DNA of 64,000 nt, from positions 1,600,001-1,664,000 of the forward strand of contig CAXXYE010000009.1 of NCBI GenBank assembly GCA_963674865.2. The letters are read 5' to 3'. Shown here in pieces: positions 1 to 9,532 of this stretch (position 1 is the first letter of the stretch; the number at the start of each line of letters is the position of its first letter). The DNA is from Candidatus Hydrogenedentota bacterium (GTDB lineage: Bacteria; Hydrogenedentota; Hydrogenedentia; Hydrogenedentales; SLHB01). The position numbers and the translations under genes were made by a program. The notes under the pieces are model-generated. The model was not told where the DNA came from. It did not search any database and saw nothing but the letters and a program-made list of their open reading frames with translations.

Positions 1-2
1 TT

Positions 3-1025
3 GTGGAGCTCCCCTACGAGGAAGGGGAGCGCGTCGAAGAGGGCGCCATCCTAGTCGCGTTGAATCACGCCGATCTCGATGCCCGAGTGGCGCTTGCGGA
101 GGCGAACTTGCGCGTGGGAACGTCGCGCCTCGAACAGACGCGTTTAGCTGCGAAGATCTACGAGGAGGTTACCGCGGCGCGGGTGAGTCAGACGCAGGCT
201 CAACTCGAGCTCGCGCGCGTGGACTTCGACCGCATTAAAAGCTTGTCGGAAAAGCGGGCCGTTTCCCAGAGCGATCTCGACAAGACGGAACTGGCCCTGC
301 GTGTGGCGCAGGAGACGTACTCGACGGCGCTGGCCAATCAGCGGGAGAACCTGGTGCGGCAAGAGGAGGTCCGATCGGCGGAATCCGGCATGGAGCAGCT
401 CGAAGCGGCCCTGACGGTCGCGCGAGCCACGCGAGATAAGGCCTTCGTGCGGGCGCCTTTCGCGGGGATCGTGGCCAAGGTGCTTCCTGAAGTGGGCGAA
501 GCCGTAGCCATGGGGATGCCGCTCGTTCAGTTGGTGCAGGAGCGTGATTGCTATGTCGAGGCGCCGTTTGATGAGGCCAACGCAGCCGAGATTCAAGTGG
601 GGCAAAAGGCCCGGATCAACATCGATGCCTACCGGGGCGTGGACTTCCCCGGCGAGGTGACGTTTATTTCGCCTGTCGTCCACCTCAACGCGGATCTGAG
701 CCGGACGTTGACCCTGAAGTTGCGCATACTCGAGGGCGCGGAGAAGTTCACCCCGGGGATGTCGGCGGACGTGACGGTTCTTGTCGACGAGAAAGAAGGC
801 GCCCTGTTCGTACCTAGCGAGTCCCTGATCCGGCAGCGCTTCGTCTACATCATTCGCGGTGGCCGGGCCGTGCGCACCGAGGTCGTCCCGGGCGTAGGTA
901 ACTGGAATACGCGGGAGATCACGGCGGGGCTTAACGAAGGCGATTCGATTGTCACGTCCGTCTCGCTAAAAGAGTTGAAGGACGGCGTCAAGGTGAAGGT
1001 GGTGGATGACCTCGAGCTTCGCTGA
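3..1025 (+). CDS. Efflux periplasmic adaptor subunit (MacA/HlyD family), 5'-truncated by the window edge
   Basis: Coiled-coil hairpin, 'VRAPFAGIV' lipoyl half-motif, 'PGMSADV' beta-barrel motif; lies upstream of a MacB-type permease. Confidence 0.9.
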   Translation: MELPYEEGERVEEGAILVALNHADLDARVALAEANLRVGTSRLEQTRLAAKIYEEVTAARVSQTQAQLELARVDFDRIKSLSEKRAVSQSDLDKTELALRVAQETYSTALANQRENLVRQEEVRSAESGMEQLEAALTVARATRDKAFVRAPFAGIVAKVLPEVGEAVAMGMPLVQLVQERDCYVEAPFDEANAAEIQVGQKARINIDAYRGVDFPGEVTFISPVVHLNADLSRTLTLKLRILEGAEKFTPGMSADVTVLVDEKEGALFVPSESLIRQRFVYIIRGGRAVRTEVVPGVGNWNTREITAGLNEGDSIVTSVSLKELKDGVKVKVVDDLELR

Positions 1026-1088
1026 TCTCTTTGCATCCGCCTCTTCCGTATCCGGCCAGGCGGGCAAGGCCAAGGAAACGCGCGTGCC

Positions 1089-2300
1089 ATGAGTCCCCTC
1101 GAATGCATCGGCACGGCGGTGCGGTCCATCGCGCAGAATAAGGTGCGGTCGGCCCTCACCATGCTGGGCGTGATCATCGGTGTCATGTCCGTGATCCTGC
1201 TGATCTCGCTCGGGGAGAGTGCGCAGGTTTACGTTCAGCGTGAGTTCGCTGGACTCGGCTCGAACATTCTTCTGATCACCCCCGGAAAACAGGAGACCTC
1301 GGGGATGATGCCGGTGATCTCAGGGAGTTTCAAGAAGCTTACCTACGAGAATGCCAAGGAAATTGGCCGGAAGGCGGCGGGTGTCCGCGGTGTGGCGCCG
1401 GTTGTTCTCGGCGCGGGCTATGTCCGCTTCGGGGATCGGCGACGCGATACAATGGTGATAGGCGTGACCCCGGAGTTTGAGGAAGTGCGGGAGCTGTATA
1501 CGCAGATTGGCCGCTTCGTCACCGAGCAGGATATCGACAAGAACAATCGCGTATGTGTGCTGGGAACCACCGTGAAGCGGGAGTTGTTCGGCAACGATAC
1601 GGCGCTCCATGAGCGCGTGTCGATCAATCGCTCGAAGCATTTGGTCGTTGGCATCATGGAGGAGAAGGGGTGGTCGCTGGGAGTCAACCTGGACGACGTG
1701 GTGTTTGTGCCACTGAGAAGTGCTCAACAGCTTTTCCACGGCGGGGAAGATGAGCTTTTCGAGATTCTGATAGCCGCGCGGAGTCCTGAGGACGTAGAGC
1801 CGGTGTCCGACTCTATCCGCGAGATTCTAACGGCCGCACACGACTACACGGAGGACTTCACGATCACGGACCAGGATTCGATGCTGGGCACTTTCAGTAC
1901 CATCCTGGACATGCTGCGGTTCATGCTCGTGGGCATCGCGTGCATCTCGCTGCTGGTGGGCGGGATTGGCATCATGAACATTATGCTTGTGTCGGTTCGT
2001 GAGCGGACGCGCGAGGTGGGCATCAGGAAGGCCGTAGGCGCGAAGCGCCGCGATATCTGGCTTCAATTTCTCATCGAGTCGGTGACCTTGAGCTGTATTG
2101 GCGGCATGCTTGGGATCTTCCTAGGCTGGCTGGGCACCGCCCTCATCAAAGGCGTCTATCCCGCCCTGCCCATCGGGCTCTCGGCTTGGTCCGTCTCGCT
2201 GTCTTTCTTCTTCAGCGTGGCTGTGGGCGCCTTCTTTGGCGTCTATCCGTCCGTTAAGGCGGCCGCCGTGGATCCCGTCGAGGCCCTCCGGTATGAATGA
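1089..2300 (+). CDS. ABC transporter permease (MacB/FtsX family)
   Basis: 'RSALTMLGVIIGV', 'GGIGIMNIMLVSVRERTREVGIRKAVGA', C-terminal 'DPVEALRYE'. Confidence 0.95.
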   Translation: MSPLECIGTAVRSIAQNKVRSALTMLGVIIGVMSVILLISLGESAQVYVQREFAGLGSNILLITPGKQETSGMMPVISGSFKKLTYENAKEIGRKAAGVRGVAPVVLGAGYVRFGDRRRDTMVIGVTPEFEEVRELYTQIGRFVTEQDIDKNNRVCVLGTTVKRELFGNDTALHERVSINRSKHLVVGIMEEKGWSLGVNLDDVVFVPLRSAQQLFHGGEDELFEILIAARSPEDVEPVSDSIREILTAAHDYTEDFTITDQDSMLGTFSTILDMLRFMLVGIACISLLVGGIGIMNIMLVSVRERTREVGIRKAVGAKRRDIWLQFLIESVTLSCIGGMLGIFLGWLGTALIKGVYPALPIGLSAWSVSLSFFFSVAVGAFFGVYPSVKAAAVDPVEALRYE

Positions 2301-2312
2301 CGAGGTGGCGCT

Positions 2313-2681
2313 ATGATTCGAGGTATAGGCATCGACATCGTAGACGTGGCGGACATGGCCCGGCGTCTCGAACGGGGCGCCATCAAGAAAGTGTTCAGCG
2401 AAGCCGAACTGGCCTATGCCGACGCCCGGCCCGGCCGCCGCGCCCAGATTCTCGCCGCGCGCTGGGCCGCGAAAGAAGCTTTCGGCAAGGCCCTGGGAAC
2501 GGGCTTAAGATTAGGTTGGCCTCACGCGGAGATTGAGGTGACACACGACTTGGAACGCCGGCCGGTGCTTCGGCTTGGACCTGCCGTGGCCCACCTGGTA
2601 TCGCTGGGTGGGCGGATTCACCTGTCCTTGAGCCACACACCATCCTGCGCAGTGGCGGTGGTGATCATCGAGGAGGCCTGA
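2313..2681 (+). CDS. acpS: Holo-[acyl-carrier-protein] synthase
   Basis: 'GIGIDIV', 'ARWAAKEAFGKALGTG', 'HLSLSH'. Confidence 0.95.
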   Translation: MIRGIGIDIVDVADMARRLERGAIKKVFSEAELAYADARPGRRAQILAARWAAKEAFGKALGTGLRLGWPHAEIEVTHDLERRPVLRLGPAVAHLVSLGGRIHLSLSHTPSCAVAVVIIEEA

Positions 2682-2703
2682 CAAAAAGCAAAAGCCGGGG
2701 CGT

Positions 2704-3501
2704 CTATTCGACGAAGGTGGCCTGTTTGATATAGTCGAGTTCCGGCCAGTCGGCTAGGTACTCGTTGCCTTCCTCTTGAATGCGAGTCTGGTCCGGGCCC
2801 TGGCCTCCGCCTTGCGGCCCTTCACCGTAGCCGGAATAGATTGCGTCGACCACTTCCATGCCTTTCACCACTTTCCCGACGGGCGCGAAGCCCTGGTCGT
2901 CGAGATTGATGTTGTCTTGGAAGTTGATGAAGAGCTGGGTGGTTCGGCGTGCGTTCGTAACGCCGGGGGGGTGCGGCATGCCGGGCATGGCGAAGGTGAT
3001 CGTTCCTCGCACGTTAGAGGCCGTCACCTTGTCGGGCTCGATGTAGCTATCGCGCCACCTGGCCTGAATCCTGGGATCGCCCGCGATACCGAACTGAGCC
3101 ATGAAGCCTGCGAGGACGCGGAAGAACCTGACCTCGTTGAAGAAGCCGACCTTCACGAGTTCATAAACGCGTGCGACGCCTTGAGGCGCCCAATCCTTGT
3201 GGAATTCCGCGATGAAATCACCGTTAGAGCACTCAAACTTGACTTTGAACACGTCTGGTACCTCGCCCAGCTTTACGCCGATTGGGGACCCGCCGCCGCG
3301 GGGAAGGGCACTGGCCGCTGCCGGGGCCGCCCCTTCCTCGGTGGGCGAAGAGCCCGTGTCGCTGTCGCCGTATACCTGTGTCTCGACGGCCTCGAACAGC
3401 GCCTCCTCCGTCAACCGATTAGAAACGAAATGTCGATACCCGACGTATCCCGTGGCTGCCACGATCACGACAAGTACCGCTGCAATGCCTAGCCACTTCA
3501 C
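2704..3501 (-). CDS. Membrane-anchored cyclophilin-type peptidyl-prolyl isomerase
   Basis: 'FFRVLAGFMAQFG', 'RGTITFA', 'TQLFINF', 'GKVVKGMEVVD'; N-terminal TM. GTG start at 3501 chosen for its GGAGG RBS (ORF track starts 3516). Confidence 0.9.
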   Translation of the reverse strand: MKWLGIAAVLVVIVAATGYVGYRHFVSNRLTEEALFEAVETQVYGDSDTGSSPTEEGAAPAAASALPRGGGSPIGVKLGEVPDVFKVKFECSNGDFIAEFHKDWAPQGVARVYELVKVGFFNEVRFFRVLAGFMAQFGIAGDPRIQARWRDSYIEPDKVTASNVRGTITFAMPGMPHPPGVTNARRTTQLFINFQDNINLDDQGFAPVGKVVKGMEVVDAIYSGYGEGPQGGGQGPDQTRIQEEGNEYLADWPELDYIKQATFVE

Positions 3502-3542
3502 CGTATTTCCTCCCAAGACGCTCTGACTGTCTTTGCCTCAGT

Positions 3543-4613
3543 TCATTGCTCGACGTCGCCAACGGGGAATGATCCGAGCACCTTTAGCTCGTTGGCGTTT
3601 TCGCCTACTTCATCGAGTGCCTGCCGTACGCCGGGATCATCGACGTGGCCGAACATGTCCACAAAGAAGACGTACTCCCATGCCTTCTTTCGAGACGGCC
3701 GCGACTCGATGCGCGTGAGGTTGATGCCTGCGCCCGCAAACGGCATCAGAAGATCGTACAGCGCCCCGGGGCGATCCTTGGTGGATATGAGCACTGAGGT
3801 TCGGTCGTGTCCCGTGCGCTTGGCCATCTGGTGGCCGATGAGGAAGAATCTTGTGTAGTTATGGGGAGCGTCCTCGATACGCTCGACAAGGATGTTTACG
3901 CCGTACGCTTCGGCGGCGAGCTTACTGGCCACCGCGGCGGCGCCGGGCTCACCCTCGGCGATCCGGGCGGCTTCCGCGGTGCTTGACGTGGCAATCAGAT
4001 CGGCGTTCGGCAGGTTCGCCTTGAGCCAGTTGCGGCACTGTACGAAGGACTGGTCTTTCGAGTAGACCTTGGCGATCTCGTCGAGGCTGCAGTTGGCAAG
4101 CAGATTGTGGGATACGTGCAAGAGGATCTCGTTAATGATCTTGAGGTCGGATATCACGAAGCGGTCGAGCGTATCGCTGACGCCGCCGCCCATCGAGCTT
4201 TCGACAGGTACGACGCCGTAGTCGATGCGGCCGCGTTCGACCTCGGTGAAGATGTCTGAAACCGAGGCGACGGGGTGGTAGTCGGCGGTGGATCCGAAGA
4301 TGCGGAGCGCTGCCATATGGCTGAACGTGTGTTTGGGGCCGAGAAAAGCCACGGTGATGGGCCTTTCCAGCGCCCGGATTGCGCTGATCACCTCGCGGTA
4401 GATCGCCTTGACCGCCTTATCCGGCAAGGGGCCGGGATTCTGGCGCTTCAGCTTCTCGAAAATGGCCTTCTCGCGTTCGGGTACGTAGCAAGCCGCGTTG
4501 TTGGATTTCTTGATCCTGCCGATCTCGATGGCGCAATTGGCGCGCTCATTGAGCAGCCCCAGGATTTCGGCGTCCAACGCGTCGATACGTTTTCGCAGTT
4601 CCTCGAGACTCAC
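3543..4613 (-). CDS. pheA: Chorismate mutase / prephenate dehydratase (P-protein)
   Basis: AroQ domain 'LRKRIDALD', 'FLGP', 'NYTRF', ACT domain 'LTRIESRPS'. Confidence 0.95.
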   Translation of the reverse strand: MSLEELRKRIDALDAEILGLLNERANCAIEIGRIKKSNNAACYVPEREKAIFEKLKRQNPGPLPDKAVKAIYREVISAIRALERPITVAFLGPKHTFSHMAALRIFGSTADYHPVASVSDIFTEVERGRIDYGVVPVESSMGGGVSDTLDRFVISDLKIINEILLHVSHNLLANCSLDEIAKVYSKDQSFVQCRNWLKANLPNADLIATSSTAEAARIAEGEPGAAAVASKLAAEAYGVNILVERIEDAPHNYTRFFLIGHQMAKRTGHDRTSVLISTKDRPGALYDLLMPFAGAGINLTRIESRPSRKKAWEYVFFVDMFGHVDDPGVRQALDEVGENANELKVLGSFPVGDVEQ

Positions 4614-6757
4614 CGGCCCTCTCCCGCAATGATTTCAAGCGGAGTATTGGCAACGCTGAAATCGCGGACACGTCCCGTCTGGAAGCGAATCCGCGCGCGT
4701 AGCTTCTTACCCGTTCCCTTCGTATATAACACCGTGCCCGGCCCAAACCGGGCATGCCTGACGCGCGTGCCCGTCTTGAGTTGTCCCGAGTCGGCCTTTG
4801 GAACGGCCGGTCGAGGCGTTGGGGCGGGCGCCTGGGCCTCCTTTGCGCCGCCTACCAGGGCAATTCGATTCGTAGGTATCTCGTCCAGGAAGCGAGATGG
4901 CTCCCTGTCGCGGTACTCGCCGTACATGGTACGCGCCTGGGCAGCCGTGAGGGTCAGTGTTTCCCTGGCCCGCGTCATGGCCACGTAGCAAAGGCGCCGC
5001 TCCTCCTCGATCTCGAGGTCCGAATCCAGCGCGCTTCCATGCGGCAACAATCCCTCCTCCAAACCTACCAGGAACACGTGATCGAACTCAAGGCCCTTGG
5101 CGTTGTGGCAGGTCATCAACGTGACGGCCGGGCTCTCGGGATCCCATCCGTCGGAGTCGGTTTGGAGGGCAAGATCCTGAAGGAAGGCCGCCAACCCGGC
5201 CCCTCCGTTTTCGTCGAAATGGGCGCAGGCTGAGATGAATTCGTCGACTATTTCGAGTCGATCTCTGAAGGTTTTCGCGTCGTCGGCCTGCACGTAGGCT
5301 CTGTATTCCGTAACCTCAAGCAGGTTTCTCACTAGGTCGGCCACGGGGGCCGTCTCGGCGGCTAGGGCCAGGTCATCGATGAGGTGGACGAACTTGGCCG
5401 CGCTATCGCGGGCCAGGGGGCGGACGGTTTGGTCGCCCTCGAGATCATGGAGGACGGTGAGCAGGGACGCGCCGCGAGCCTTGGCATACTCCTCGATCTG
5501 TTCGACGGTCTTCGCGCCGAAGCCGCGCGGCGGTACGTTCAGGATGCGTCTCAGTGCCTCGTCGTCCGCGGGATTCACGAGCAGACGAAGATAACAGAGG
5601 ACATCTTTGATCTCCTTACGCGCGTAGAAGGCGATGCCGCCCACGATGACGTAGGCCAGGCCTTTTCGCCGCATGGCTTCTTCGAGGAGGCGAGACTGCG
5701 CGTGAGTGCGGAAAAGGATGGCCACGTCCCTGGACGGCAACTCCCTTGCCGTGATGTCCTCCGCCACGAACCGGGCCTCATCTTCGCCGTCGGGAGCATG
5801 ATACAGCCGGACGGCGGCGCCGCCCGGTTTTGCCGGCCGGAGCGTCTTGCCCAACCGATTGACGTTGTGGGCGACAAGGCTGTTTGCGGCATTGAGGATG
5901 GCGAAAGTGCTTCGGTAGTTCTCCTCAAGCCGGATGACGGTGGCGTTGGGGAAATCTTCCTCAAAGTCGAGGATATTGCGCAGGTCCGCACCGCGCCAGG
6001 AATAGATGCTCTGATCCTCGTCGCCGACGACGAACAAATTACCGTGTTCCGCGGCGAGGCAATGGGCGATGCGGTACTGGGCGTGATTGGTGTCCTGGTA
6101 CTCGTCGACGAGTACGTAGCGGTACCGGCGGCGATACCGGGCGCGGACTTCCTCATCTTGTTCGAGCAATTTGGCCGGCAGGACAAGGAGGTCGTCGAAA
6201 TCCACTCCGGCGGCCCGCTTGAGGGCGGCGTGGTATCGAGTCCAGAGCTCCGAGAAGGTTACCTCCTCGGGCGTTCCCGCCTCACTTGGTTGTGGAGGGC
6301 CGTTCAGCGCCTGCTTCCGGCGGCTGATCCACTCGAGGGCGGCCCGCGGGGAGACGCGGTCGAACTCCTTGGGCAACTCGCGGATCTGGCGCTTTATGAG
6401 AGCGAGTTGATCCGCGTCGTCGAAGATGGAAAACGTGGCGGGCCGCCCAAGACGCGTCATTTCGCGGCGGAGCATCGTCAAACCGAAGGCGTGAAACGTG
6501 CCGATCCATGCGGCGAGGCGTTCGGCTCCGAGGCGAGACGCTACGCGCGAACGCATTTCTCCTCCTGCCTTGTTTGTGAAGGTCAGGGCGAGGATATTGC
6601 GGGGATCTACACCGCGTTCGTTGATGAGCCAGACAATGCGTTCGACGATAACGCGAGTCTTGCCGGTGCCGGCGCCGGCCAAGACGAGGGTCGGTCCGTC
6701 GCCTTGCTCGACGGCTTGCTGCTGTGCGTCGTTCAGTCCGATGGCGTTGGATTTCAT
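4610..6757 (-). CDS. pcrA: ATP-dependent DNA helicase, UvrD/PcrA family
   Basis: 'LAGAGTGKT', 'VDEYQDTN', 'VGDEDQSIYSWRGA', 'EERRLCYVAMTRA', C-terminal Tudor-like domain; start at MKSNAI preferred. Confidence 0.95.
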   Translation of the reverse strand: MKSNAIGLNDAQQQAVEQGDGPTLVLAGAGTGKTRVIVERIVWLINERGVDPRNILALTFTNKAGGEMRSRVASRLGAERLAAWIGTFHAFGLTMLRREMTRLGRPATFSIFDDADQLALIKRQIRELPKEFDRVSPRAALEWISRRKQALNGPPQPSEAGTPEEVTFSELWTRYHAALKRAAGVDFDDLLVLPAKLLEQDEEVRARYRRRYRYVLVDEYQDTNHAQYRIAHCLAAEHGNLFVVGDEDQSIYSWRGADLRNILDFEEDFPNATVIRLEENYRSTFAILNAANSLVAHNVNRLGKTLRPAKPGGAAVRLYHAPDGEDEARFVAEDITARELPSRDVAILFRTHAQSRLLEEAMRRKGLAYVIVGGIAFYARKEIKDVLCYLRLLVNPADDEALRRILNVPPRGFGAKTVEQIEEYAKARGASLLTVLHDLEGDQTVRPLARDSAAKFVHLIDDLALAAETAPVADLVRNLLEVTEYRAYVQADDAKTFRDRLEIVDEFISACAHFDENGGAGLAAFLQDLALQTDSDGWDPESPAVTLMTCHNAKGLEFDHVFLVGLEEGLLPHGSALDSDLEIEEERRLCYVAMTRARETLTLTAAQARTMYGEYRDREPSRFLDEIPTNRIALVGGAKEAQAPAPTPRPAVPKADSGQLKTGTRVRHARFGPGTVLYTKGTGKKLRARIRFQTGRVRDFSVANTPLEIIAGEGR

Positions 6758-6836
6758 GTTGGGGGCGATATCTCCTGATGCGGCGTGAAGGCGCCTATCG
6801 TAAGCCGGGAATCGTCTTGTTTCAAGCGCCCGCGCG

Positions 6837-7676
6837 CTAGACAATCACGACGCCTGAAGCGCCGTCCTCATGAGTGCTGTCCCGGGCGCCAGGCGGCATG
6901 TCGCCGAGTTCCTCGCGGAATCGGGCGAAATCGTCCGCCATCCTATCGCGGACGAGGAAGAAATCGCCGCTGTGCAGAATAAGATTGGCTCCCTCTTTTG
7001 CCCACCGGATCTCGTGCTCGATGCCGAAGGAGAAGTGTAGTCCCACGCCGACGTTATGGGCGCGAGCCTTGCGAATGATGAGGTTCACCGCCTCATTGAA
7101 GGTCGGGTGCCCGTATTCCTCGGGGAGGCCAAGACTCAGCGATAGGTCGTGGGGGCCGATGAGGAGGGCGTCGATGTCCGGTACGGCAAGGATCTGCTCG
7201 AGCGCTTCAAGAGCGGCGACGCTCTCGATATTGACAATCATCAGGCGGTTGGCGTTTCGCTCTTCGAGGTAGGCAGCCAACTTAGGTTCCAGTTCCTCAT
7301 GGCCGTCGAGAAACCGGGACAGCCGGCGCCCTTTCAGTGGGCGGAACTTGACGGCCCCGCGCAGTTCCTTCACTTCTTCGACTGATTCCATGTACGGTGC
7401 GACGACACCGGCGGCGCCGCCGTCCAGCACCATGCAGGCCTGATAAGGATCAGGCTTCGGAATGCGGACGACGGGGGCCATGTTCAACGCGGTATACATC
7501 TGGCACATCCAGGCCAAGTCGCTGCGGCCTATGGGGATATGCTCGGTATCGATGAAGGCGAGATCAAGGCCCAACCCGGCGATCATCGCGGGCCAGAGCG
7601 GCGAGGTGGATACGATGCACGAGCCGTACACCCGGCGGCCTTCGTGGAACGCTTCGGCGAGTTGACGCCCATTCAT
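6837..7676 (-). CDS. HpcH/HpaI aldolase family protein
   Basis: 'FIDTEH', 'VVRIP', 'LDGGAAGVVAP', 'NIES', 'IGPHDLS'. Confidence 0.9.
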   Translation of the reverse strand: MNGRQLAEAFHEGRRVYGSCIVSTSPLWPAMIAGLGLDLAFIDTEHIPIGRSDLAWMCQMYTALNMAPVVRIPKPDPYQACMVLDGGAAGVVAPYMESVEEVKELRGAVKFRPLKGRRLSRFLDGHEELEPKLAAYLEERNANRLMIVNIESVAALEALEQILAVPDIDALLIGPHDLSLSLGLPEEYGHPTFNEAVNLIIRKARAHNVGVGLHFSFGIEHEIRWAKEGANLILHSGDFFLVRDRMADDFARFREELGDMPPGARDSTHEDGASGVVIV

Positions 7677-7842
7677 ATGAGAGTCCTTTCCAAACATGTG
7701 TACTGCGAGGCCGGCTGCATTCTAACGTATACCGGGGAGCCGATTCCCGGTTGGCGTTCCGGTTGGCGATGGAAAGCAGCCATGCACCGAGTACTACCGA
7801 CGCCGCCACGGCGAAGTAGGACCGTTCCCTGGTTTGCCTGGC

Positions 7843-9288
7843 CTATCCCGCGCTCTTCGGCGGCAGTTCGGGCTTCGGCACGGCCATAGCGTCGAGCGTA
7901 TCTGAACCTTGCCCGAGCCGCGCCGCGTAAGGTAGGAGTGTCTCAGACAGCGTGAACGCGCAGGGCCGTAACTCGCGGCCTTCGGCGCCGATGCACGGGA
8001 GCATCTCCCGGGCTTCATCTTCGGGCATGATGACGCGATATACGTGATCCGGGGCGAGATCCGACGTGACGACGGTTCCGCTCTCTTTCGCGTTTTCAAC
8101 GGCGATGTCCACCGTGAAGCCCGCCCACTGCGATATGTCCACGGCCTTGGGCGTCTGCTCGAGGTAGAACAGGATTTCCCTGCCTGACAACTCGACCACC
8201 ACGGGGGGCTGCTCTCCCAGGCGCAAGGTCCGATAAAGCGTGTTGTAGGTGATGGTTCCCTCCGGCAGGCCACGGCAAAAAGTGCCCGTGCGCGCCAACG
8301 CCACGTCGGCTTCGCCTGTGTCGAACAGAGCTTCTGCAAGGAGTCTGGCCATGCTCCGGCGGGAGACCTCCTGACGGCATGTCCCTACGGTCTCATCCAC
8401 CTCCGGGCAGATGAGGCGCTCTTGCTGGGCGATCCAATCGCGCAGCTCGGCGTCGGAGTCGGCGTACTTGGACCTCATGGGGACGAGCTTGCCCTTGTGA
8501 GCAAGCACTTCCTCGGTGTCGAGGTCCACCTTGACCTTGAGCCGGCCCACGTATTGGCTGCACGCGCCGGCCTCGATGATGACGGCGCCGGTTTCCTTCA
8601 CCACGACTGGTTTGAAGAGCTTCTCGTGCGAGTGGCCGCCAATGAACACATCTATCGCCGGGACAGCCCGCGATACCGTGGCGCAATCTCTTGAAGACAA
8701 ATGACACAATGCCACCAGTAGATGCACATCCGGTTCGAGCCGCTCGGCCTCGCGCGCCAGCAGCGGGCATGAGTCCTCTAGCGTCAAGGTCTCTTCCGAA
8801 CGTTTGACTGTCAGGCCAATGACGCCCACCTTCATGCCGTCCACGTCGAAGATCTGCGAGCCGGACAGCAGCGGTTTTCCGGATTCGTCGAAGGCGTTAA
8901 GGCATAGTGAGGGGAATGTCGCCCCTTGCGCCAAGTCTACTGTGTGTGCCGAACCGTAATAGAACTCATGGTTGCCGGGAACCGTGGCATCGTAGCCGAT
9001 CATTCCCATGATCTGATAGAGCGCACGTCCCTTTGTTACGCCGGGCAGCATGTCGCCCTTGTTGTTAACATCGCCCCCGTCGAGTAATAGCGTGTCAGGC
9101 CGCTTGGCCGTCACCTGGCGGATGTAGCCGCCCACGCGTGCCATGCCGCCCACGCCGTCCGCTCCCTCACGGATGTGGCCGTGAATGTCGTTCGTGTGCA
9201 GGATGAGCACCGTGTCCGTGGAACGATGGGCGCAGGATACCGTCACAGCTACCAGCAGCATTCCCGCTAACGCTTGCTTGAGCGACAT
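7843..9288 (-). CDS. Metallophosphoesterase / 5'-nucleotidase, probable lipoprotein
   Basis: 'HTNDIHGH', 'DGGD', 'GNHEF', 'GGHSH'; signal peptide ending VTVSC; AAGGAG RBS before 9288. Confidence 0.9.
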   Translation of the reverse strand: MSLKQALAGMLLVAVTVSCAHRSTDTVLILHTNDIHGHIREGADGVGGMARVGGYIRQVTAKRPDTLLLDGGDVNNKGDMLPGVTKGRALYQIMGMIGYDATVPGNHEFYYGSAHTVDLAQGATFPSLCLNAFDESGKPLLSGSQIFDVDGMKVGVIGLTVKRSEETLTLEDSCPLLAREAERLEPDVHLLVALCHLSSRDCATVSRAVPAIDVFIGGHSHEKLFKPVVVKETGAVIIEAGACSQYVGRLKVKVDLDTEEVLAHKGKLVPMRSKYADSDAELRDWIAQQERLICPEVDETVGTCRQEVSRRSMARLLAEALFDTGEADVALARTGTFCRGLPEGTITYNTLYRTLRLGEQPPVVVELSGREILFYLEQTPKAVDISQWAGFTVDIAVENAKESGTVVTSDLAPDHVYRVIMPEDEAREMLPCIGAEGRELRPCAFTLSETLLPYAARLGQGSDTLDAMAVPKPELPPKSAG

Positions 9289-9474
9289 GGCGTGTTTAAC
9301 TCCTTCCGATCGATAAGGCGTCGGATAATTGCGATTTGCCGGATTTTCCCGGCGGGCAACTTGTTGACGAGCCCAGCCTAGCACGTTGGGCCGGCCGTGA
9401 GCCACCCGCATAAGTCCAGAGAGGACTTGCCGGGGTGGGCTTTCCCGCGTCGGGGCTTCCCCAGGAAAAGCGAA

Positions 9475-9513
9475 GCGGGACGTGGCCGATTCTTGTCGCC
9501 GGCCGCGTCCCGC
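9475..9513 (-). terminator. Probable intrinsic terminator after the 9533-11983 gene
   Basis: GC-rich stem gcgggacgtggccg/cggccgcgtcccgc, followed by ttcgctttt on the minus strand. Confidence 0.45.
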
Positions 9514-9532
9514 CTCAGTATGCGTCTCAGCG